Below are positions 11,311 to 22,600 of a stretch of DNA of 64,000 nt, in pieces. The stretch spans positions 124,001-188,000 of the forward strand of contig OZ025702.1 in NCBI GenBank assembly GCA_964019335.1. The letters are read 5' to 3'. Under the pieces are notes generated by a model. The model saw only the letters and a program-made list of their open reading frames with translations. It did no database searches and was not told where the DNA came from. Numbering within the stretch: the stretch's first letter is position 1; every line of letters begins with the position of its first letter. Source of the DNA: Diplonema japonicum (taxonomy: Eukaryota > Protista > Euglenozoa: Diplonemea). The position numbers and the translations under genes were made by a program.

Positions 11311-11789
11311 TGGAAAGAAATTGTTTTTTCACAATTTAAGAAAGTTAAGAAAAAATTAAAAAAAATAGTTTTTTATTTCTTTTTTTTTTCAGTAAGACGG
11401 GTTAAAAAAAATCCAGGGGGTGGGGACTAAAAAAAAAACCGGAGAAAAACACTAAATATTTCTTCTTTTTTTTTTTTTCCTCTTATTTTCTGATCGCCGA
11501 GTTGACTAATCCCTGATCCCCCCCCCCTCCCCTCCCCACCCCCCTGGAATTTTAGTTTCCCATTCATGGTTATGGTTCGTTGCAATGTATTTTTTTTTTT
11601 TTCAGTTTTTGTTTACGTATCCCCCTTCTCTCTCTTTCTTGCCCAGCCCTTTCCTTTTTCTTTTTTTTGTTGTAACCAGCCGTTTCGACTACCCCAGGCA
11701 ACTCTTGCTTAGCAGTAACAAAGCTTTAAGCTGGCGAACAGAGAAGATAAGAAAGGAGAGGGAGAAACCCCCCGTTCATTTTCAAATGT

Positions 11790-11857
<68 letters not shown>

Positions 11858-12431
11858 TCCGCGCGGTAACACCATTATTAAAACATCCCAACTAAGTTCT
11901 GTCAGCATATTGCACACAAGAAAAAAAAAAAAAAAAAAGAGAAAGAAAGAAAAAAAAGAAAAAAAAAGAAAAAAAAAAGAGGGGTAAACTTTTCCGATTT
12001 TTTCCCCTTTTAGCTACTTGCAAACGCAATTATTATTCCCCCCCCCCCCCCCCCTCCAGAAAATACTTCCAAAAAAATAAAAGAAAAAGAAAAAAAAAAA
12101 GAAAGAGTTCCAGAGTGTGAGAGAGAGAAAACTGTCATTTTTTTACCCCTTTTTTTTTTGCTGTGGGGGCTGACAGCGCGCTACATTACACTTGTTCGTT
12201 TTTTTTTTTTTTTTTCTTCTCATATCCGCTAAGTGACCCGGCCTATGTCCAAAATTGGGTCATAGGAATTTTAAGGGGGTATTCTTTTTAAAAACCTGGA
12301 AACATGGCAAAAAAAAAAAAAAAATGTCAAAAGGTTCATTGAATTCCATGTGCCGGACATGTAAGAACGAGGTTCCAAAAAAGATTGGGCACCGGGTACA
12401 AATAAACCGTTCCAGCTCGGATATGAAGCAT

Positions 12432-12464
<33 letters not shown>

Positions 12465-13193
12465 CTTTTGCAAATATCAATTATTTGCACAAACAATCTG
12501 ACGGCTCTTTCTAGTTACCTCCGAGCTTCTTTCTCTTGAAATCTCAACATATATCCTGCAACCAAAAGATGCAGGCATGTTGCTTAATAATGAGGGCGTA
12601 CCATGCACCCTAGAACAATCAGGTGTCTTTACTCTGAAATTCTTCGTTCGAAAGAAGTTTTTGTCGAGAGTAAGTAAAAGGATGTACCTTTTTTTTTTTT
12701 TCTTCTTTTTTTGCAGCGCACTTTTCTTCCCTCTTGCTAGCTTTGTCCAAAGCTACTCGCTCACCCCCTCTCCCTGAAGAAGTTTCCCCTTTACGGTGCA
12801 CTAGAAACATAAGAGGGTGGGTCCCCACATTAGCTTTTATTCAGCTCCCCCCCCCTTTTTTTTCCTTGTTAAGTGCAACCGTCAATTCGTAGGCAGTATA
12901 GTTGATTTATATACAGGTTGGAGAAATCATCAGCCTTCAGCTGCAAATACTTTCTCAAAGCAAAAAAAAAAAAAGTCAACACATTCTTTTTTTTTTCCCC
13001 CTTCAACGGCATTTTTTTTTTTCCCCGTTTTTTTTTTTTTTTTTTTTTTTTTTTTCCAGGTGGTGGGGAATATGGAATTATTTATTTAAAGAAGTACATC
13101 AGATGTGTTGTTCGCTGTTGACCTCCTCGTCGGTCATTACCGGTGGCGCCCGAGTGGGAGAAGCAGATGCTCAGGGTGACGAACAGGCAGCAA

Positions 13194-13327
13194 ACTGCAC
13201 GGGCTCAGGATCTTGGTTACCCGGGTCGCCCCGCTGGGGTTGAGCTGCACACCGCACGCATTGAGGACACGACGCGGAACGCAGAAGAAGCTACAGTAGG
13301 CCGTGGTGCGCCCCTGTAATCAAGTAG
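13194..13327 (+). repeat. Dispersed repeat block A, copy 1
   Basis: ACTGCACG..CAG.ATCTTGGTTACCCGG..GTCGCCCCG..GGGTTGAG..ACGCAGAAGAAGCTACAG..GGTGCGCCCC..TAATCAAGTAG, shared with 56280-56385. Confidence 0.85.
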
Positions 13328-13361
13328 ATGGGACGCCCCCACCGGCTTCCTTTAAATTATC

Positions 13362-13399
<38 letters not shown>

Positions 13400-13809
13400 C
13401 CAGCATGCAAAACCTCCCCCATTCCTTTTTTTTGAGGATCCCCCCCCTTTTTTTTTGCTCCCACTCGTTTCGAGAGGAAGCCACCAAAGGGGCAGATTTT
13501 CTTTTTAAAAAAAAACGGAAAAGTACATCATCATGCACACCTTCTCTCTTCTTTCTAGTGATAACGAACCTTTTGTTTAGAAAATAATCTCAAATACTCC
13601 CCCTTCCCCTCCCTTGAAATAGGTTATCTGATGTATCTCTTATTTCTGCTCTAGTTGCTCTGGAAGGCGGGAAAAATCTTTAATAAATAAACTACATAGC
13701 TAAACCCTGTCAAGCATCCCCAGAAAATTTGCTATTCGTCAAGCGGGCGGCAATAAACTCAAACTGCCCCAGTCTTGAAATCCTTGTTTTGGTAGAGATC
13801 TTTTTCTTC

Positions 13810-14119
13810 CTTCAGGCGTCCTGCCACATACCGCAGGTACCCTTAAATGTCTCTTTTTTTTTTCTTCTTCTTTTTTTTAAAGGGTGGTCCTCAAGTGGGA
13901 TTTGCCCTTAAACATTTTTTTTTTTTTTTTTTTTGTTTTGCCATCCGGTGGACCTTGCTTGACGGGATTTAGAGTTATGGAGCGACCACCATTACATTTA
14001 TCTTTCCACTTTTTTTTTGAACGAGGGGCCGAAGGCCACACCACAGCAGAAAGGTTCGATCAAGAGATAGATTGAGACTCTTCAGGCGTCCTGCCACATA
14101 CCGCAGGTACCCTTAAATG

Positions 14120-14122
<3 letters not shown>
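13810..14122 (+). repeat. Dispersed repeat block B, two identical 43-bp copies (13810-13852, 14080-14122)
   Basis: CTTCAGGCGTCCTGCCACATACCGCAGGTACCCTTAAATGTCT occurs twice, 270 bp apart, each followed by a T-run. Confidence 0.9.
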
Positions 14123-14155
<33 letters not shown>

Positions 14156-15177
14156 AAACGTGTTATCACTTTTTTTTTTTGAACTAAAGAGGATGAATGC
14201 CGCTGTCGAGGGTGCTGCAAAAATTGCGAGAACCTGAGGTGTGAAAAGGAGAAATCTGTCCGTTAAGTTAAGTAGTTACGTATATTGTTCCCGTCGGAAG
14301 AAAAACAAATGAAGTCTTTTTTCTTCTCCCTCCTTTTTCTTCTCCCCCCCCCCCCCCCCCTTCCGCTTTTCATTTTCACAAAAGCAGCATAACAAAAAAA
14401 GGGGGGGGGGGGAAGCATAAAAAGCACGTCTCTTTTTTCTTCTTCTTTTTTTTTGACAAAAAAAATTTAAAAAAAAAATCCAGTTTTGGGGAACAGCTGG
14501 CCCCCTGTATACAACGAGGAAAAAAAAAAAAAAAAAAAAAAAAAAACGATTGGTTTTTCCTCCTCTTCTTACAGAGACTATACTTGTTCTTACAAACAAA
14601 AGAAACTGCGCAAAATACTGGAAAAAAAAAAATTCACTCGTGGTGGCAGTGGTTTTGACGAGTAATGACGGTTATGTCACAGCGAAGCTAGAATTATCCA
14701 CAAGTGAAATCATCAATTTTATATTCACGACAGCAAAAATTTGAGTGTGTGGGTGCGAACATCGCTAAAGAATTACATCATTTGCTCTTGGGTAAAGATG
14801 TTCCTCTTGAGGGGGACCTTTAGGTTGTTGAAACAGAGTATAAAATCCCCTTCTTTCGGACAGGGCCTTCTTTTCCTTCCTTTAACTATGAAACACACAA
14901 AAAGCGTGCCCAACCTGGTAGGTATTTTAGGAGGGTTTTTGCCTAAATTAGGCCCAAGGCGTGAAATAATATTTCTATGTTTTAACGCTATAAAAAAAAA
15001 AAAAAAAGAATTTTCTATTTTCACTCCTGGGCCTAATTTTCTTTTGACTTCTGATTTTCACTCCCACACACAAAAAAAATTTTTTTTTTGCTGGACTTAA
15101 ATAAAACACTTAAAGCAAAATTTTTTGAAATCGACCCTCTGAAACCCATACCCGTGGCTGAGAGCGCACAGGGAGGT

Positions 15178-15216
<39 letters not shown>

Positions 15217-16048
15217 GGAACAATGAAGAACCTTTTCTTTTTATTTTTTTAAGAAAGCCTCAAAGAAAGGAGAATTCTATTAACGGTAAAAAAACGTTCT
15301 AAGAGAGATTCCACCCGCACTTGCTTTCAGCATCCCCTCTCTTCTCTTTTTCTATATTTTCTACTTTTATTATCATCGGCCCCCCTTTTTTTTCTCGTTC
15401 CCACGGACTAGCTGGCGTAGTGAAAATTGGGGACCTATCTTGCAATAAAGATTTCTTATTCTACCCCAATTAGCGTAAGAGAAGAGGGAGAGAGCGATTT
15501 CTTTCGTTTTTGTTTTTGAAAAGGCCGAAGCCCTAGAAGGGAGAAAAGGGGAAAGATAAGTAGAGACAAGGGGACATTCCAAAAAAAAAAAAAAACAGGA
15601 ACCTCCTTTATTTCATCTCTTTTTTTCGTTCTCTCCCCCCCCCCCCCCACCCTTTTCTTCACTTCACGCGTAACAAGCAACAAGAATAAGAAAAGGATGG
15701 GAACGGGGAGAAGAGAAAAAAAAAGAAGAAAAAAAAAGTGGAGAGGGGAGAAAAGATGGCATTCTTTTCTTTTCATTTTATTTGAGCTGGCAAAAACATT
15801 ATTTCGCATCCTTTCACAGAGGGAGGGAACAAGAAGGCAGGGGAGGGGGGGGGGGGGGGATAATGTTCGCCCTATGTGGATGAACACGGCTTTCTTCTTT
15901 TTTTTTTTTTCTATCTCCCCTATCATCGTGAGTAATTATGTTTTTTTTTTTTTTTTTTTTTGTATTATTTCCACCACCCACCACCACCACCACCCCCGGT
16001 TCGCCATTTTTGTATAACGCATAGCAAGGAAGGGGGGAAAAAGAAACC

Positions 16049-16462
16049 ATGATTATTTACATTAGTGCCGACATAAGACGGGAAAAGGTAAACCTGGCAG
16101 TTGACTTCACCACCAGGCCCAGCGTGGCTGATTTGAAATTTCACGCTGAAAGAATACTAGACATCGAGGCACAAGGATTCGTTTTGGATAACCTTCACAT
16201 ATATGAAGAGCTGCTAGGGTCGTGGGTTCCAGTCACCTCAGAGAGCCTCCTACACACCCATGCACAACTCTTCGCGTTCCAACCACTAGACATCGAGGAT
16301 ACACCAGTTGAGGGGCCCATACCCGGGCCGTCCAAAACTGTTCACATTACCCCAATGGGGCGTAGCTCATACGAGCTTGAAATAGCGCGAGCACAGGACG
16401 CCTATCTAAAAAGCATCGAAAATTTTGTCAGGAAATATCCTGGGAGGGAGCTGCTTGTCTGA
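16049..16462 (+). CDS. Stand-alone BILBO1 N-terminal-domain-like protein
   Basis: ADIRREKVNLAVDFTTRPSVADL...IYEELLGSWVPV..SLL...QLFAFQP resembles, from memory, the ubiquitin-like N-terminal domain of trypanosomatid BILBO1 (ADI...KVNF.L.F..RPS..EL...YDE....WV.L.....L....QLY.FQP). Confidence 0.75.
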   Translation: MIIYISADIRREKVNLAVDFTTRPSVADLKFHAERILDIEAQGFVLDNLHIYEELLGSWVPVTSESLLHTHAQLFAFQPLDIEDTPVEGPIPGPSKTVHITPMGRSSYELEIARAQDAYLKSIENFVRKYPGRELLV

Positions 16463-16620
16463 TGTGTACCCTTTTTTTTTTTTTTATCTTTTATTTCTGT
16501 TATTAGAGATGTTTGTAATAAAATTCTTTCTTTTGTCCCCCCCCCCCCCCGCAGTACCTACTTCGTTATTCCTAAAGGTGAGAGGAGGGGGAAAGAGAGA
16601 GAAAAAAAAAAGAGAAAATA

Positions 16621-19600
16621 ATGTCGCTTGTTGCAGTAAACGAGATACTCGCGACCAACGACCAGCGAAAGGCTGCCATCGAGATATCCAAGTACGTCAT
16701 CAGCCTCTCTGAAGCAGGCGAAGTCGACACAGTAAGGGAGCCAGGGGTATGGAGTGCTGCGGTGAAGTATTTAGTAGGAAAGGTGCTGGTGGGGATCACT
16801 ACCGCGAAGGAGACGGTGATGAAGAACCAATATAGTGGGCCACTTCGGGTCATCGTGGTGGGCCTGCACGCAGGGTGCGCCAAGGACTCCTTCGACCCCC
16901 CGCTCTCTGCGGGATCTGTCGATCTTCTTTACCAGCACATCACTAGCGTTTTGCGGTCGCCTTCCTGTAAACCTGCATACACCGATTACTGCGCCACACT
17001 GACAGGCTTGGTGCGTCTTGGGAAGTACTGCACATGGATGCGGCCCGAGGTGCTGGAAGGCCTCGTCGAGGCGTTGACAGACGCCGTGAAAGCCACCTCC
17101 GGCGCTGCAGTCGGGAATCTCTCATCAACGCTTTCCACTATCCTCGGTGCCTACCCCCGCGTGCTGCCTCCTGCTGTCGCCACCCTTTGCCTGGAGTTCG
17201 CCATCGAAGTCCTCCCGCACGCTCCTTTTTCCCAGCACCTCGTCCTCAACACCCTCCGTTCCCTTAATGCTGTTATTAAGAATGTTCTAAAAGACGCGCT
17301 TTCGCAGATCAAGTCGTGTCTCTGCCTCCTCTCCCCCTACCTTGCGAAGCTCATCCAACCGCAGGGTTCCATGACGGAGGCCTTGCGGTACGAGGCAGTC
17401 GAGGTCCTGAAGTACCACCTAGAGGTCTGCAGGCTCACTACCCTCGAGCGCACCCACGCCAACGACGTCCCCAACCTCGATGAGCTGTGGGTCGGGCTGA
17501 GCCACCTCGTCGGGCTGAAGTCAGGAGGGTCGTTGAGGGCTGAGGCAACCGTTTTTGACGAGAGGAACAACGCGCTTGTGGAGCTGCTAGCGGAGGTGGC
17601 GTGCCTTGTCTCGGAGAGGCATCACGGTGCCATCGACACACAGCTGACAGAGCCATCGGACCAGCCTGCTAAACGGAGGAAGAAACAACACCCGTGGGAC
17701 ACCATCCTTGCGGGTGTGAAGAGCCCACACGACCTTGTTTCCTGGATGTGGCTCAAGGTCCTGTCGGGGTATGTCGTCAAGCAGGCGGTGCGCGATCCGC
17801 CGATCTTGTCCCCCGAGCAGCTTGCCGAAGGCATCGACTGCATCACAGCATACCTCTCTCGCGGGTCCTCTGGCTTCGATGCTATTCATGTCTTCGCGCT
17901 TCAAACAGCCGCCAAGCTCGCAAGCCTCCCGCCATATTACACAAGCAGCCCTTGCGCTGCCTTGCAGCAGTCTGTCGTCTGTCTGCGGGACCACTTGATC
18001 GCGAGGATAGCTGGCTCTGTCCCTAACCAAGCCACCCCTGCCGTCTTCGAGGGTCTGTGTGCGATCTTTGCGCTGCCGTCCTCCTTCTCCCAATGCGATG
18101 AGGACGCCTACGATGCCCACACCCTCTTCACTCTCCCTCCTTACCACTCTTCTGCCTGCTCTAACCCTTCTGTAAGGCTCCTCGTCATCTTACTCCAAGG
18201 CAATCAACTCCGACCGACTTCTCTCTCCCACCTTCTCTCATGGCTCGTCAGGAGCAGCACAACTGCTACCGACATCGACATCTCCGGTTGCGGGTTGGCC
18301 CTCTCCCTCCTCACAAGCATCCCTCTCAAGGATCTTAGCCACCCGTGGCTTGCACCCTCTCAGGACACAGGTCACGACACAACATCTCTACTCCCAGCTC
18401 TAAAGAAGACTGTTCAGGAGGCCGTGGTCGAGGCCCTCAACCTTGATGGCGTGGACAGGGTGGTTAGGGGGTGTAAGCTTCTGAGCCTCATCCTTACAAT
18501 CAAAGGGATGTGGGATACAGACAAGGCAGTGCTCGCTAAGCACTGTACTCACCTGCTGGAAATGATATCAGTCAGGTGGCATCGCTTTGAAGGCAAGGAC
18601 TCCACACAAGCACTGCGGGCCTTGCAAGAACTACTGCTCCATGAGGACGGCAAGATCTGCGACATTAAAGAGACGGAATTCGTAGGGAAACTTGGTGGCA
18701 TCGCCAGGAAACTGTTGCAGCGGGTTGAAATGTACTTTTCTAACAACGAGGGCGACGGGGACGCAGCCATGGCAGAGGGCTCTGGGGACATGCTGGCAAC
18801 ACCATCAGTGGTGCCGGTGCGTGACAGCCAAATGGTGCTCTTCACCTGCACTACTGCTGCCATCCACGTGTACGGCGTAGTCAGTGTTGAAAGCGGTGAG
18901 CCCTTTCTGGGCAGCGAGGTGCGCCAGACCGTCGACAGGATATGGAACGTGTCGAAGCTTGGTCCGCTTGCCTTCGACGTGGCGGAGTTCTTGAGCGTGG
19001 TAAACGACAGTAGGAACATTGTGTCGTGCCTGACAAAGTTGCGTGAGCTGCTTGCGTGCAAACAGAATAAATGGGACGACGAGTGCATCACACGGACACT
19101 GACCATCACGCGCAGGGCGGTGAAGAGCACACCGTCACTTGAGGAGGCAGGCATCACGGATCTTCTGCGGGATACAATCGACAAATTGACTGAAGTAGAC
19201 AGCAAGTGCTTGCTGGCACCACGAAGCAAGATAGCTCTGTGTCACACCACCATGGCCATCGTCCCGAAGGCAGAGGGTGACCTGTTAGGCATCGCGCTGA
19301 ATTCGTTCCTCCCTTTGCTGTCTGACCCCAGCCATGCGGTTAGGATTGAGGCTGCGGGTTTCGTGTCGACACTTGTGAACCTCTTCGAGCACCCACATGG
19401 CGTCTTCAACTCCATCGTCGACAAGCTGGCACCACACTTTGCTGGGAAGCAAACCGTTGACAAAAGCTGCAACACCATGGCGCAGACCTCCATTCTAGCA
19501 ATAGCCGAGATCGCAAAGCACTCCGACACCATGCAAGGCACGGCCTTGCTCCAACTGCTGCTCATCAATACGCACAAGGAATTCAACGAGCGAATCTACC

Positions 19601-22600
19601 TCGAGAAGCTAATGAAGGAAGTAGCTAAGTGCGCTGGCGCATGTGATACAAAAGAACTTATTTCGTGGCACATCCCCTTCCTGTTGCGTGGGTGGGTCAT
19701 CTCAAAAGCGCTGCCCCTAAAAACGTTTCCGTACTCCATGCTCGGATGCCAGTACTACACTGACTTCTTGGAGAGGTACATGTGCTACGTGCTCCCGGCA
19801 GTCCTGCAGTCCGATGGGAGGAATAATCTAGTGGCCAACATCAGCAGCGTAATGTCCGCTGATGAGACAGAACTCCTGGTGAAGTACCTCCCTGATGTGT
19901 TCGGTCAGGTGTATCTTAACTACTACGATCCTTCGGTTGTTAAAACCGCGAAAGCCGTGTGCGAAGACTACGTGAAAGGCAGGCTGTCTGACCAGAGGCT
20001 GAGCATCGTTTTGGAGCAGAACATCTACGAGATCCTCAGAGTGTTCATCTCTCTCGAATCTGGCAGGGAAGACTGCGAGTTGCCCAAGGTGCACTCCAGT
20101 GTTGTTGACAGGGCCTTTGCAGACTTTGCGGGGCTGTGGGGTAGGAAGGAACAGAACGCCACTGCGAACTTCCTCGCATCAACCCCTGACTGCGTCTACA
20201 AGCTAGTCCTGTCCGTGGGCGTGGAGATCCTGCAGAAGAAGAGACTCACCGCATGGAGACAAGATAGGTTCAAGGTTCTCGTGAAACTCTTGAAGAGATG
20301 CAGCCCCCGTACGCTGTCAATGTCGCACGTCTTCAAGCTCGCAACGCATTTGTGCATCGTTGTTGCTTCCACCATCCCGAACACCCTCAGTGAGGCACTC
20401 GACGAGTTGTACAGGCTGTGCAGGAGCACCGCGAGCTGTTCGCCTGTTGTCCTCGCACGTTACCTGTCTGACATTGTAACCCGCCTTATGCCGTTTGTCA
20501 CAGGTCCTGATTCCTTTGAAGAGGATATAGCTCCCTCCAGGGCTACCAGCCCTGTTCTAGATGACAGTGAGAGCGACGAACTGATCGAGATGCCACCTAA
20601 AAAGCAACTGTGCATTACGTTGAAAACGATTAACAAGATCTTGGAATGCGCTGAGGGCAGCAAGGACTGCAGGAAGGCTTTGACACAAACAGTGAACCCT
20701 TTCCCTGCGAAGGGCAAGTACACGTCTTGCTTCAGGTTGTATGACAAGCTCTCGGGAGGGCTTGACTGCGGGTGGTCAGACTATGTCAGAGCGCTGAAAG
20801 CCTCGAACAGAAGTAGTGTCAGGTGCGCTGTGCTGCAGAGATTGAGGTGCAGCGTGGCAACCGACAAAGATTACTTTAAGGAAGAGAACAGTGAAGAGTT
20901 GCTCTCGTTCCTTGTCGACATGTGCTGTACGAATGACGACAAGGAGGTGCGCTTGGCGGCTGCAGAGGCTCTTGCAGCAATGCAGACTGCGGGGCATCAC
21001 GTGTCAGTGCTGTGGAGCAACACTCTGCAAGAGCTGCCTCTACCGAAGGAGGATGACTGGGATTTCTTCGACTTCATGAGGCTGGGCAGGCTATGTGTGC
21101 TGCAAGAACTAGTGAACTCTGTGTGTGGGAGCGACCACGAGGCTGTCCTTGCTGCCTCCGAGACGTTGCAGCTAGTGCTTGCGGTCGACTTCAATGACAC
21201 GACAGCTATCATCCAAACCGCAGCCGCACAGCTCAAGGACGACTTGGTTCCCTTCTGCCCTTCTCAAAAGAAGATCAAAGGCCTCAAGTCTAAGTCAGAG
21301 CACATCAAGACACCTACACTGGACACCCTTGCTCCCCGCATCAACAAGACGGTCCAGCAGCTTCGCGACGTCGTGACCTGGGATCCATCGAAGCCCTTCT
21401 CACAATGGATCAGCAGCATCACCTGCGGGCTCCTTTGCAGCGGTGTCACCGACCCGTTCTTGGAGAAGTGTGCGGGAGTTTGTCTGCTTGTCCCTGCCAT
21501 CGCGCACGCGCTCCTCCCGTACGCCCTTGTCAACTTCTGCTTGTCGGAAAGGAAAAAGAAGGTCGATGTTAGCGAAGCTGCTGATCTCCAAACGTCGTTA
21601 GCTGTCCTGTGTGACAAGGTGTTCTCAAGGGCCGCTAGGTATCCTCAGCACTCACGTGTACTGCTGCAAGCTGTAGTGGCGATAAAAGCCATTCAGACTG
21701 ACGAGGTGCGCAGAGTGGGGGTTGCCGACGAGAAGAAGTCCGGTGGGTTGCGTCTGACTGTGAAGCCTGGTACCCAGACCGTGTTTTTGAGTAAGCTTAA
21801 CATGCAAACGGCAGTCGACGCAGCCTTGAAGTGTGGTGCACAGGTCACAGCGTTGAGGCTTGCCGAACAATGTTTGGAGCGGAAGCGCAACGGGCTGGTG
21901 TGCCTTCACCAGACGTGGCGATGGGAAGATGACGAACGCGACACGAATGATGTACTAAACCAGCTGATGACCATGACCTCCAAGAGGAGCATGAGCCAGA
22001 TCACAAAGGGCAGGGCCAGCAAGGGGTGCCGCCCCACCAAGGGCTACCACAATGAAAAGGAACGCCTCTGCGCAGAAGATAAAACCTTCCGCAAACTCCT
22101 GGTGGAAATCGCCAACACAGCCGGCGACACAGAATTACTAAAGGGCTTCGATGATGGATCGGAGCCCACCTTCAGGTTGTGCCACTACGAAAGAGAGGGC
22201 GACTGGCTGAAGGCACTTGCATGCTGCGACGGAGAGTACAGTGGTGGTGACTCTGCGGCTCTGACAAGGGTACTCAGAGGGAATGGCATGCATGGAGTAC
22301 TCGCGTGGGGACTGTCATCTGCACACCACCTTACCCAATGGGGCGACGTGGGTGAGACGGAAGGCTTCCCGCATTACATCAAGTCCTGTCTGTCGACGTT
22401 GGGAGCGAACAACCTGCCAGCATTCACGACATCCATCAGCGACGCGAAGACGTCGGTGGCTGAGGAGCTGGCACGGGGGAAGCAGCACCTAGAGAGGTGT
22501 CTTGCAAGGACGAAGTGCATCAAACTGCTGGAAGAGACATGGTCTGCCATGTGGAAGGAAACAGGTGAACGCTGCAAACCGCCCACAAACGAAGCTGTGC

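Noticed and set aside
14025-14075. GGTTCGATC as a tRNA T-loop or Pol III B-box
   Set aside because: No cloverleaf or A-box at the right spacing. No tRNA or rRNA gene was recognised anywhere in the window.
13810-14122. 43-bp direct repeats as a CRISPR array or LTR pair
   Set aside because: Only two copies 270 bp apart in eukaryotic DNA, with no cas genes, no TG..CA ends and no primer-binding site.
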